Source of the DNA: Mytilus californianus
Taxonomy: Eukaryota
Direction: 5' to 3'
DNA length: 64,000 bases
Assembly: GCF_021869535.1 (NCBI RefSeq)
Contig: NW_026262670.1
Location: 5,332,001-5,396,000 of the forward strand
The notes under the pieces were generated by a model, which was given only the letters and a program-made list of their open reading frames with translations, was not told the origin of the DNA and made no database searches. Numbering within the stretch: the first letter of the stretch is position 1; each line of letters begins with the position of its first letter. Position numbers and translations under genes: made by a program. This document shows positions 50,767 through 64,000 of the stretch, piece after piece.

Positions 50767-51217
50767 AGGGGTAAATTCAGTAAAAAATCTCCCATTGACT
50801 GTAATGCTAATCTATGTCTTGAATTAAATTTATACCTGATTTACCTTTAGAAATTAGAAAATTTCATATATCATTCATGAAAGTATAAATGTAGCCCTAT
50901 CATTTGCAACAATAAAAACATAGGGTCATGCGGCATTTTTGGGCCTTCACATGGCCTTGTTTACAAACACTGTAGATTCGCACTTAATTCCTTCACTGAC
51001 CCCCATTACTTTTCAACCCTGTAGTAAAAAAATTTAGTACATTCAGCATTTATTTTTTATTTTTTTTCAACTCTAGTTTTTATCCATCTATCAAAAAATA
51101 TTTATTACAAACATTATCTACCAATCAGAAGAGCACATGACTTCAGTTTTATACAGAAAGCTCTCCCCCAAATGGGCGGTCCCTGATGACGTATATTTAT
51201 TTACTGAATTTACCCCT
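50767..51217. mobile_element. MITE-like element A, copy 11
   Basis: Same TIRs and flanks as copy 2. Confidence 0.85.
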
Positions 51218-52458
51218 ATAAGGGACTATTTAGTAGCTTTTCCCTCTTTTTTTGTAATAATCATGTAATGTATTCAATTTTCAAGTTCCAGTTTCAATAC
51301 AACATTCATAAATGCTGAACTTGTAAAGATAGAGGAAAATTTATACTACAGCCCATACTGCGGCCAATGTATATTTGGTATATAAAGTTGCATATTGACT
51401 GTTTGTAAAAGAATGGTGTAAAATACTATGCTTAATAAATATGAATTGTTTTCTGTGTTTGCTTTGACCAGTATTGCAAGTACATCTAGAAACTAAAGTC
51501 TTAATGTACTCTTAGTTAAATTTTGCCTTATATGGAAGTGTTTGATTAAATACCCTGAAAAGACCACAAAAACACTTTTCAAAGGTTTTTTTAAGCAGTT
51601 TCATACAAAAAAAACCAACAATTATGTTTCATTTTACTAAATTTGTGTTTTAATTACTTGTAAAGTTCACAAAATGTCATTGACAATCACTCTGCAGAAA
51701 TTCCTGTTACCCCAACATCAGGATGGTTTCTTCGCCAAAACTAGACAGACAAAACTGAAGTAGAAAAAAATGCCAAATATGAAAAAATAAGACTGGGTAT
51801 GACCAAACTTTGCATTTGGAAGATTAAAGTAACAATTTAGAATATTTAAAAGCAATTATTTAACATAGTAATCCAATTACAAACATTTCAACACTAGTTT
51901 CATAGATGAAGGGCATGTAATCATAAAAAGTTATCTACAATTTTTTTTAAATAAAGAATCGCAATGCGTTATGTAAAAATAAATGAATATCTTCATGCGG
52001 TCAGATTATTCAAGTGTTAAAATATTTGAAAAGTGCTTATTTACAACTTGTTCTACAACTTAACATGGTGAAACACAGCTAAAAAAAATACACTGTCAAA
52101 GGGAGGTAATTCTGATTTTCCATATGATTTTACACATAATGAGGAGAAATATGTGCAAAATGTGTTGTAAAATGGGGGGAATATTTATGCCTTTCATTGA
52201 TATCATAACTCTCAAGTGTAATTTCTATTGTTTCGTTCAATCTGGACACAAAAACTGATTTTTACCATATACCCCATGCTTCCTCTCACAGTACACTCAG
52301 TGCATCTTGGATAGCCGAGTTAAACATAGAAATTTGTGTAAAAAACAACTTCAAATGGTTCCAAAATGCTTCCATTGCATTAATATTCACAGGAAATAAG
52401 TTTTGTGATTATTGTGTGGCCTTGGACAAGTACAGTGACAGAATGCATATTTTCCTAT

Positions 52459-52909
52459 AGGGGTAAATTCAGTAAAAAATCTCCCATTGACTGTAATGCT
52501 AATCTATGTCTTGAATTAAATTTATACCTGATTTACCTTTAGAAATTAGAAAATTTCATATATCATTCATGAAAGTATAAATGTAGCCCTATCATTTGCA
52601 ACAATAAAAACATAGGGTCATGCGGCATTTTTGGGCCTTCACATGGCCTTGTTTACAAACACTGTAGATTCGCACTTAATTCCTTCACTGACCCCCATTA
52701 CTTTTCAACCCTGTAGTAAAAAAATTTAGTACATTCAGCATTTATTTTTTATTTTTTTTCAACTCTAGTTTTTATCCATCTATCAAAAAATATTTATTAC
52801 AAACATTATCTACCAATCAGAAGAGCACATGACTTCAGTTTTATACAGAAAGCTCTCCCCCAAATGGGCGGTCCCTGATGACGTATATTTATTTACTGAA
52901 TTTACCCCT
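52459..52909. mobile_element. MITE-like element A, copy 12
   Basis: Same TIRs and flanks as copy 2. Confidence 0.85.
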
Positions 52910-54150
52910 ATAAGGGACTATTTAGTAGCTTTTCCCTCTTTTTTTGTAATAATCATGTAATGTATTCAATTTTCAAGTTCCAGTTTCAATACAACATTCA
53001 TAAATGCTGAACTTGTAAAGATAGAGGAAAATTTATACTACAGCCCATACTGCGGCCAATGTATATTTGGTATATAAAGTTGCATATTGACTGTTTGTAA
53101 AAGAATGGTGTAAAATACTATGCTTAATAAATATGAATTGTTTTCTGTGTTTGCTTTGACCAGTATTGCAAGTACATCTAGAAACTAAAGTCTTAATGTA
53201 CTCTTAGTTAAATTTTGCCTTATATGGAAGTGTTTGATTAAATACCCTGAAAAGACCACAAAAACACTTTTCAAAGGTTTTTTTAAGCAGTTTCATACAA
53301 AAAAAACCAACAATTATGTTTCATTTTACTAAATTTGTGTTTTAATTACTTGTAAAGTTCACAAAATGTCATTGACAATCACTCTGCAGAAATTCCTGTT
53401 ACCCCAACATCAGGATGGTTTCTTCGCCAAAACTAGACAGACAAAACTGAAGTAGAAAAAAATGCCAAATATGAAAAAATAAGACTGGGTATGACCAAAC
53501 TTTGCATTTGGAAGATTAAAGTAACAATTTAGAATATTTAAAAGCAATTATTTAACATAGTAATCCAATTACAAACATTTCAACACTAGTTTCATAGATG
53601 AAGGGCATGTAATCATAAAAAGTTATCTACAATTTTTTTTAAATAAAGAATCGCAATGCGTTATGTAAAAATAAATGAATATCTTCATGCGGTCAGATTA
53701 TTCAAGTGTTAAAATATTTGAAAAGTGCTTATTTACAACTTGTTCTACAACTTAACATGGTGAAACACAGCTAAAAAAAATACACTGTCAAAGGGAGGTA
53801 ATTCTGATTTTCCATATGATTTTACACATAATGAGGAGAAATATGTGCAAAATGTGTTGTAAAATGGGGGGAATATTTATGCCTTTCATTGATATCATAA
53901 CTCTCAAGTGTAATTTCTATTGTTTCGTTCAATCTGGACACAAAAACTGATTTTTACCATATACCCCATGCTTCCTCTCACAGTACACTCAGTGCATCTT
54001 GGATAGCCGAGTTAAACATAGAAATTTGTGTAAAAAACAACTTCAAATGGTTCCAAAATGCTTCCATTGCATTAATATTCACAGGAAATAAGTTTTGTGA
54101 TTATTGTGTGGCCTTGGACAAGTACAGTGACAGAATGCATATTTTCCTAT

Positions 54151-54601
54151 AGGGGTAAATTCAGTAAAAAATCTCCCATTGACTGTAATGCTAATCTATG
54201 TCTTGAATTAAATTTATACCTGATTTACCTTTAGAAATTAGAAAATTTCATATATCATTCATGAAAGTATAAATGTAGCCCTATCATTTGCAACAATAAA
54301 AACATAGGGTCATGCGGCATTTTTGGGCCTTCACATGGCCTTGTTTACAAACACTGTAGATTCGCACTTAATTCCTTCACTGACCCCCATTACTTTTCAA
54401 CCCTGTAGTAAAAAAATTTAGTACATTCAGCATTTATTTTTTATTTTTTTTCAACTCTAGTTTTTATCCATCTATCAAAAAATATTTATTACAAACATTA
54501 TCTACCAATCAGAAGAGCACATGACTTCAGTTTTATACAGAAAGCTCTCCCCCAAATGGGCGGTCCCTGATGACGTATATTTATTTACTGAATTTACCCC
54601 T
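54151..54601. mobile_element. MITE-like element A, copy 13
   Basis: Same TIRs and flanks as copy 2. Confidence 0.85.
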
Positions 54602-57600
54602 ATAAGGGACTATTTAGTAGCTTTTCCCTCTTTTTTTGTAATAATCATGTAATGTATTCAATTTTCAAGTTCCAGTTTCAATACAACATTCATAAATGCT
54701 GAACTTGTAAAGATAGAGGAAAATTTATACTACAGCCCATACTGCGGCCAATGTATATTTGGTATATAAAGTTGCATATTGACTGTTTGTAAAAGAATGG
54801 TGTAAAATACTATGCTTAATAAATATGAATTGTTTTCTGTGTTTGCTTTGACCAGTATTGCAAGTACATCTAGAAACTAAAGTCTTAATGTACTCTTAGT
54901 TAAATTTTGCCTTATATGGAAGTGTTTGATTAAATACCCTGAAAAGACCACAAAAACACTTTTCAAAGGTTTTTTTAAGCAGTTTCATACAAAAAAAACC
55001 AACAATTATGTTTCATTTTACTAAATTTGTGTTTTAATTACTTGTAAAGTTCACAAAATGTCATTGACAATCACTCTGCAGAAATTCCTGTTACCCCAAC
55101 ATCAGGATGGTTTCTTCGCCAAAACTAGACAGACAAAACTGAAGTAGAAAAAAATGCCAAATATGAAAAAATAAGACTGGGTATGACCAAACTTTGCATT
55201 TGGAAGATTAAAGTAACAATTTAGAATATTTAAAAGCAATTATTTAACATAGTAATCCAATTACAAACATTTCAACACTAGTTTCATAGATGAAGGGCAT
55301 GTAATCATAAAAAGTTATCTACAATTTTTTTTAAATAAAGAATCGCAATGCGTTATGTAAAAATAAATGAATATCTTCATGCGGTCAGATTATTCAAGTG
55401 TTAAAATATTTGAAAAGTGCTTATTTACAACTTGTTCTACAACTTAACATGGTGAAACACAGCTAAAAAAAATACACTGTCAAAGGGAGGTAATTCTGAT
55501 TTTCCATATGATTTTACACATAATGAGGAGAAATATGTGCAAAATGTGTTGTAAAATGGGGGGAATATTTATGCCTTTCATTGATATCATAACTCTCAAG
55601 TGTAATTTCTATTGTTTCGTTCAATCTGGACACAAAAACTGATTTTTACCATATACCCCATGCTTCCTCTCACAGTACACTCAGTGCATCTTGGATAGCC
55701 GAGTTAAACATAGAAATTTGTGTAAAAAACAACTTCAAATGGTTCCAAAATGCTTCCATTGCATTAATATTCACAGGAAATAAGTTTTGTGATTATTGTG
55801 TGGCCTTGGACAAGTACAGTGACAGAATGCATATTTTCCTATAAGGGACTATTTAGTAGCTTTTCCCTCTTTTTTTGTAATAATCATGTAATGTATTCAA
55901 TTTTCAAGTTCCAGTTTCAATACAACATTCATAAATGCTGAACTTGTAAAGATAGAGGAAAATTTATACTACAGCCCATACTGCGGCCAATGTATATTTG
56001 GTATATAAAGTTGCATATTGACTGTTTGTAAAAGAATGGTGTAAAATACTATGCTTAATAAATATGAATTGTTTTCTGTGTTTGCTTTGACCAGTATTGC
56101 AAGTACATCTAGAAACTAAAGTCTTAATGTACTCTTAGTTAAATTTTGCCTTATATGGAAGTGTTTGATTAAATACCCTGAAAAGACCACAAAAACACTT
56201 TTCAAAGGTTTTTTTAAGCAGTTTCATACAAAAAAAACCAACAATTATGTTTCATTTTACTAAATTTGTGTTTTAATTACTTGTAAAGTTCACAAAATGT
56301 CATTGACAATCACTCTGCAGAAATTCCTGTTACCCCAACATCAGGATGGTTTCTTCGCCAAAACTAGACAGACAAAACTGAAGTAGAAAAAAATGCCAAA
56401 TATGAAAAAATAAGACTGGGTATGACCAAACTTTGCATTTGGAAGATTAAAGTAACAATTTAGAATATTTAAAAGCAATTATTTAACATAGTAATCCAAT
56501 TACAAACATTTCAACACTAGTTTCATAGATGAAGGGCATGTAATCATAAAAAGTTATCTACAATTTTTTTTAAATAAAGAATCGCAATGCGTTATGTAAA
56601 AATAAATGAATATCTTCATGCGGTCAGATTATTCAAGTGTTAAAATATTTGAAAAGTGCTTATTTACAACTTGTTCTACAACTTAACATGGTGAAACACA
56701 GCTAAAAAAAATACACTGTCAAAGGGAGGTAATTCTGATTTTCCATATGATTTTACACATAATGAGGAGAAATATGTGCAAAATGTGTTGTAAAATGGGG
56801 GGAATATTTATGCCTTTCATTGATATCATAACTCTCAAGTGTAATTTCTATTGTTTCGTTCAATCTGGACACAAAAACTGATTTTTACCATATACCCCAT
56901 GCTTCCTCTCACAGTACACTCAGTGCATCTTGGATAGCCGAGTTAAACATAGAAATTTGTGTAAAAAACAACTTCAAATGGTTCCAAAATGCTTCCATTG
57001 CATTAATATTCACAGGAAATAAGTTTTGTGATTATTGTGTGGCCTTGGACAAGTACAGTGACAGAATGCATATTTTCCTATAAGGGACTATTTAGTAGCT
57101 TTTCCCTCTTTTTTTGTAATAATCATGTAATGTATTCAATTTTCAAGTTCCAGTTTCAATACAACATTCATAAATGCTGAACTTGTAAAGATAGAGGAAA
57201 ATTTATACTACAGCCCATACTGCGGCCAATGTATATTTGGTATATAAAGTTGCATATTGACTGTTTGTAAAAGAATGGTGTAAAATACTATGCTTAATAA
57301 ATATGAATTGTTTTCTGTGTTTGCTTTGACCAGTATTGCAAGTACATCTAGAAACTAAAGTCTTAATGTACTCTTAGTTAAATTTTGCCTTATATGGAAG
57401 TGTTTGATTAAATACCCTGAAAAGACCACAAAAACACTTTTCAAAGGTTTTTTTAAGCAGTTTCATACAAAAAAAACCAACAATTATGTTTCATTTTACT
57501 AAATTTGTGTTTTAATTACTTGTAAAGTTCACAAAATGTCATTGACAATCACTCTGCAGAAATTCCTGTTACCCCAACATCAGGATGGTTTCTTCGCCAA

Positions 57601-60600
57601 AACTAGACAGACAAAACTGAAGTAGAAAAAAATGCCAAATATGAAAAAATAAGACTGGGTATGACCAAACTTTGCATTTGGAAGATTAAAGTAACAATTT
57701 AGAATATTTAAAAGCAATTATTTAACATAGTAATCCAATTACAAACATTTCAACACTAGTTTCATAGATGAAGGGCATGTAATCATAAAAAGTTATCTAC
57801 AATTTTTTTTAAATAAAGAATCGCAATGCGTTATGTAAAAATAAATGAATATCTTCATGCGGTCAGATTATTCAAGTGTTAAAATATTTGAAAAGTGCTT
57901 ATTTACAACTTGTTCTACAACTTAACATGGTGAAACACAGCTAAAAAAAATACACTGTCAAAGGGAGGTAATTCTGATTTTCCATATGATTTTACACATA
58001 ATGAGGAGAAATATGTGCAAAATGTGTTGTAAAATGGGGGGAATATTTATGCCTTTCATTGATATCATAACTCTCAAGTGTAATTTCTATTGTTTCGTTC
58101 AATCTGGACACAAAAACTGATTTTTACCATATACCCCATGCTTCCTCTCACAGTACACTCAGTGCATCTTGGATAGCCGAGTTAAACATAGAAATTTGTG
58201 TAAAAAACAACTTCAAATGGTTCCAAAATGCTTCCATTGCATTAATATTCACAGGAAATAAGTTTTGTGATTATTGTGTGGCCTTGGACAAGTACAGTGA
58301 CAGAATGCATATTTTCCTATAAGGGACTATTTAGTAGCTTTTCCCTCTTTTTTTGTAATAATCATGTAATGTATTCAATTTTCAAGTTCCAGTTTCAATA
58401 CAACATTCATAAATGCTGAACTTGTAAAGATAGAGGAAAATTTATACTACAGCCCATACTGCGGCCAATGTATATTTGGTATATAAAGTTGCATATTGAC
58501 TGTTTGTAAAAGAATGGTGTAAAATACTATGCTTAATAAATATGAATTGTTTTCTGTGTTTGCTTTGACCAGTATTGCAAGTACATCTAGAAACTAAAGT
58601 CTTAATGTACTCTTAGTTAAATTTTGCCTTATATGGAAGTGTTTGATTAAATACCCTGAAAAGACCACAAAAACACTTTTCAAAGGTTTTTTTAAGCAGT
58701 TTCATACAAAAAAAACCAACAATTATGTTTCATTTTACTAAATTTGTGTTTTAATTACTTGTAAAGTTCACAAAATGTCATTGACAATCACTCTGCAGAA
58801 ATTCCTGTTACCCCAACATCAGGATGGTTTCTTCGCCAAAACTAGACAGACAAAACTGAAGTAGAAAAAAATGCCAAATATGAAAAAATAAGACTGGGTA
58901 TGACCAAACTTTGCATTTGGAAGATTAAAGTAACAATTTAGAATATTTAAAAGCAATTATTTAACATAGTAATCCAATTACAAACATTTCAACACTAGTT
59001 TCATAGATGAAGGGCATGTAATCATAAAAAGTTATCTACAATTTTTTTTAAATAAAGAATCGCAATGCGTTATGTAAAAATAAATGAATATCTTCATGCG
59101 GTCAGATTATTCAAGTGTTAAAATATTTGAAAAGTGCTTATTTACAACTTGTTCTACAACTTAACATGGTGAAACACAGCTAAAAAAAATACACTGTCAA
59201 AGGGAGGTAATTCTGATTTTCCATATGATTTTACACATAATGAGGAGAAATATGTGCAAAATGTGTTGTAAAATGGGGGGAATATTTATGCCTTTCATTG
59301 ATATCATAACTCTCAAGTGTAATTTCTATTGTTTCGTTCAATCTGGACACAAAAACTGATTTTTACCATATACCCCATGCTTCCTCTCACAGTACACTCA
59401 GTGCATCTTGGATAGCCGAGTTAAACATAGAAATTTGTGTAAAAAACAACTTCAAATGGTTCCAAAATGCTTCCATTGCATTAATATTCACAGGAAATAA
59501 GTTTTGTGATTATTGTGTGGCCTTGGACAAGTACAGTGACAGAATGCATATTTTCCTATAAGGGACTATTTAGTAGCTTTTCCCTCTTTTTTTGTAATAA
59601 TCATGTAATGTATTCAATTTTCAAGTTCCAGTTTCAATACAACATTCATAAATGCTGAACTTGTAAAGATAGAGGAAAATTTATACTACAGCCCATACTG
59701 CGGCCAATGTATATTTGGTATATAAAGTTGCATATTGACTGTTTGTAAAAGAATGGTGTAAAATACTATGCTTAATAAATATGAATTGTTTTCTGTGTTT
59801 GCTTTGACCAGTATTGCAAGTACATCTAGAAACTAAAGTCTTAATGTACTCTTAGTTAAATTTTGCCTTATATGGAAGTGTTTGATTAAATACCCTGAAA
59901 AGACCACAAAAACACTTTTCAAAGGTTTTTTTAAGCAGTTTCATACAAAAAAAACCAACAATTATGTTTCATTTTACTAAATTTGTGTTTTAATTACTTG
60001 TAAAGTTCACAAAATGTCATTGACAATCACTCTGCAGAAATTCCTGTTACCCCAACATCAGGATGGTTTCTTCGCCAAAACTAGACAGACAAAACTGAAG
60101 TAGAAAAAAATGCCAAATATGAAAAAATAAGACTGGGTATGACCAAACTTTGCATTTGGAAGATTAAAGTAACAATTTAGAATATTTAAAAGCAATTATT
60201 TAACATAGTAATCCAATTACAAACATTTCAACACTAGTTTCATAGATGAAGGGCATGTAATCATAAAAAGTTATCTACAATTTTTTTTAAATAAAGAATC
60301 GCAATGCGTTATGTAAAAATAAATGAATATCTTCATGCGGTCAGATTATTCAAGTGTTAAAATATTTGAAAAGTGCTTATTTACAACTTGTTCTACAACT
60401 TAACATGGTGAAACACAGCTAAAAAAAATACACTGTCAAAGGGAGGTAATTCTGATTTTCCATATGATTTTACACATAATGAGGAGAAATATGTGCAAAA
60501 TGTGTTGTAAAATGGGGGGAATATTTATGCCTTTCATTGATATCATAACTCTCAAGTGTAATTTCTATTGTTTCGTTCAATCTGGACACAAAAACTGATT

Positions 60601-60798
60601 TTTACCATATACCCCATGCTTCCTCTCACAGTACACTCAGTGCATCTTGGATAGCCGAGTTAAACATAGAAATTTGTGTAAAAAACAACTTCAAATGGTT
60701 CCAAAATGCTTCCATTGCATTAATATTCACAGGAAATAAGTTTTGTGATTATTGTGTGGCCTTGGACAAGTACAGTGACAGAATGCATATTTTCCTAT

Positions 60799-61249
60799 AG
60801 GGGTAAATTCAGTAAAAAATCTCCCATTGACTGTAATGCTAATCTATGTCTTGAATTAAATTTATACCTGATTTACCTTTAGAAATTAGAAAATTTCATA
60901 TATCATTCATGAAAGTATAAATGTAGCCCTATCATTTGCAACAATAAAAACATAGGGTCATGCGGCATTTTTGGGCCTTCACATGGCCTTGTTTACAAAC
61001 ACTGTAGATTCGCACTTAATTCCTTCACTGACCCCCATTACTTTTCAACCCTGTAGTAAAAAAATTTAGTACATTCAGCATTTATTTTTTATTTTTTTTC
61101 AACTCTAGTTTTTATCCATCTATCAAAAAATATTTATTACAAACATTATCTACCAATCAGAAGAGCACATGACTTCAGTTTTATACAGAAAGCTCTCCCC
61201 CAAATGGGCGGTCCCTGATGACGTATATTTATTTACTGAATTTACCCCT
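60799..61249. mobile_element. MITE-like element A, copy 14
   Basis: Same TIRs and flanks as copy 2. Confidence 0.85.
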
Positions 61250-63729
61250 ATAAGGGACTATTTAGTAGCTTTTCCCTCTTTTTTTGTAATAATCATGTAA
61301 TGTATTCAATTTTCAAGTTCCAGTTTCAATACAACATTCATAAATGCTGAACTTGTAAAGATAGAGGAAAATTTATACTACAGCCCATACTGCGGCCAAT
61401 GTATATTTGGTATATAAAGTTGCATATTGACTGTTTGTAAAAGAATGGTGTAAAATACTATGCTTAATAAATATGAATTGTTTTCTGTGTTTGCTTTGAC
61501 CAGTATTGCAAGTACATCTAGAAACTAAAGTCTTAATGTACTCTTAGTTAAATTTTGCCTTATATGGAAGTGTTTGATTAAATACCCTGAAAAGACCACA
61601 AAAACACTTTTCAAAGGTTTTTTTAAGCAGTTTCATACAAAAAAAACCAACAATTATGTTTCATTTTACTAAATTTGTGTTTTAATTACTTGTAAAGTTC
61701 ACAAAATGTCATTGACAATCACTCTGCAGAAATTCCTGTTACCCCAACATCAGGATGGTTTCTTCGCCAAAACTAGACAGACAAAACTGAAGTAGAAAAA
61801 AATGCCAAATATGAAAAAATAAGACTGGGTATGACCAAACTTTGCATTTGGAAGATTAAAGTAACAATTTAGAATATTTAAAAGCAATTATTTAACATAG
61901 TAATCCAATTACAAACATTTCAACACTAGTTTCATAGATGAAGGGCATGTAATCATAAAAAGTTATCTACAATTTTTTTTAAATAAAGAATCGCAATGCG
62001 TTATGTAAAAATAAATGAATATCTTCATGCGGTCAGATTATTCAAGTGTTAAAATATTTGAAAAGTGCTTATTTACAACTTGTTCTACAACTTAACATGG
62101 TGAAACACAGCTAAAAAAAATACACTGTCAAAGGGAGGTAATTCTGATTTTCCATATGATTTTACACATAATGAGGAGAAATATGTGCAAAATGTGTTGT
62201 AAAATGGGGGGAATATTTATGCCTTTCATTGATATCATAACTCTCAAGTGTAATTTCTATTGTTTCGTTCAATCTGGACACAAAAACTGATTTTTACCAT
62301 ATACCCCATGCTTCCTCTCACAGTACACTCAGTGCATCTTGGATAGCCGAGTTAAACATAGAAATTTGTGTAAAAAACAACTTCAAATGGTTCCAAAATG
62401 CTTCCATTGCATTAATATTCACAGGAAATAAGTTTTGTGATTATTGTGTGGCCTTGGACAAGTACAGTGACAGAATGCATATTTTCCTATAAGGGACTAT
62501 TTAGTAGCTTTTCCCTCTTTTTTTGTAATAATCATGTAATGTATTCAATTTTCAAGTTCCAGTTTCAATACAACATTCATAAATGCTGAACTTGTAAAGA
62601 TAGAGGAAAATTTATACTACAGCCCATACTGCGGCCAATGTATATTTGGTATATAAAGTTGCATATTGACTGTTTGTAAAAGAATGGTGTAAAATACTAT
62701 GCTTAATAAATATGAATTGTTTTCTGTGTTTGCTTTGACCAGTATTGCAAGTACATCTAGAAACTAAAGTCTTAATGTACTCTTAGTTAAATTTTGCCTT
62801 ATATGGAAGTGTTTGATTAAATACCCTGAAAAGACCACAAAAACACTTTTCAAAGGTTTTTTTAAGCAGTTTCATACAAAAAAAACCAACAATTATGTTT
62901 CATTTTACTAAATTTGTGTTTTAATTACTTGTAAAGTTCACAAAATGTCATTGACAATCACTCTGCAGAAATTCCTGTTACCCCAACATCAGGATGGTTT
63001 CTTCGCCAAAACTAGACAGACAAAACTGAAGTAGAAAAAAATGCCAAATATGAAAAAATAAGACTGGGTATGACCAAACTTTGCATTTGGAAGATTAAAG
63101 TAACAATTTAGAATATTTAAAAGCAATTATTTAACATAGTAATCCAATTACAAACATTTCAACACTAGTTTCATAGATGAAGGGCATGTAATCATAAAAA
63201 GTTATCTACAATTTTTTTTAAATAAAGAATCGCAATGCGTTATGTAAAAATAAATGAATATCTTCATGCGGTCAGATTATTCAAGTGTTAAAATATTTGA
63301 AAAGTGCTTATTTACAACTTGTTCTACAACTTAACATGGTGAAACACAGCTAAAAAAAATACACTGTCAAAGGGAGGTAATTCTGATTTTCCATATGATT
63401 TTACACATAATGAGGAGAAATATGTGCAAAATGTGTTGTAAAATGGGGGGAATATTTATGCCTTTCATTGATATCATAACTCTCAAGTGTAATTTCTATT
63501 GTTTCGTTCAATCTGGACACAAAAACTGATTTTTACCATATACCCCATGCTTCCTCTCACAGTACACTCAGTGCATCTTGGATAGCCGAGTTAAACATAG
63601 AAATTTGTGTAAAAAACAACTTCAAATGGTTCCAAAATGCTTCCATTGCATTAATATTCACAGGAAATAAGTTTTGTGATTATTGTGTGGCCTTGGACAA
63701 GTACAGTGACAGAATGCATATTTTCCTAT

Positions 63730-64000
63730 AGGGGTAAATTCAGTAAAAAATCTCCCATTGACTGTAATGCTAATCTATGTCTTGAATTAAATTTATACCT
63801 GATTTACCTTTAGAAATTAGAAAATTTCATATATCATTCATGAAAGTATAAATGTAGCCCTATCATTTGCAACAATAAAAACATAGGGTCATGCGGCATT
63901 TTTGGGCCTTCACATGGCCTTGTTTACAAACACTGTAGATTCGCACTTAATTCCTTCACTGACCCCCATTACTTTTCAACCCTGTAGTAAAAAAATTTAG
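63730..64000. mobile_element. MITE-like element A, copy 15 (cut by the window edge)
   Basis: Left TIR and the first 271 bp are present. Confidence 0.8.

Larger units (their letters stand above)
25174..64000. repeat. Non-coding tandem array (at least 38.8 kb): 26 x 1,239-bp B monomers interspersed with 15 copies of element A
   Basis: The junction TATA recurs every 1,239 bp (empty) or 1,692 bp (with A), and 26x1239 + 14x453 = 38,556 fits the coordinates exactly. No ORF in the track lies beyond 25257. Confidence 0.97.

Noticed and set aside
25174-64000. CRISPR-like or rDNA/5S interpretation of the large array
   Set aside because: Units are over 1.2 kb with no unique spacers and no rRNA, 5S or tRNA motifs, and the context is eukaryotic.

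Overview
AT-rich animal DNA, most likely a mussel (Mytilus), judged from the H1 protein and a spacer repeat I recognise from memory. Bases 1-25173 are a tandem array of ~4.5-kb units, each with one intronless histone H1 gene on the minus strand and no core histone or 5S genes. There are six copies. Each complete copy has the histone 3' stem-loop. Copies 1-5 share promoter elements: TATA, H4 box, H1/AC-box-like and TG-box-like motifs. Three insertions hit this array. (1) A 5'-truncated LINE-like piece with an (ATCTT)n tail splits the promoter of copy 1, which also has a nonsense codon. (2) A 1.37-kb TIR element sits in spacer 2. (3) At 25174, inside the 5' UTR of copy 6, a non-coding tandem array of at least 38.8 kb begins. 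It has 26 copies of a 1,239-bp monomer (B). A 451-bp MITE-like element (A; 18-bp TIRs) is present at 14 monomer junctions, absent at 12, and also forms the left end of the array. The array begins exactly at an A terminus and removes the copy 6 promoter, suggesting a MITE-bounded satellite block moved as a composite unit. All coordinates and counts were derived by eye.
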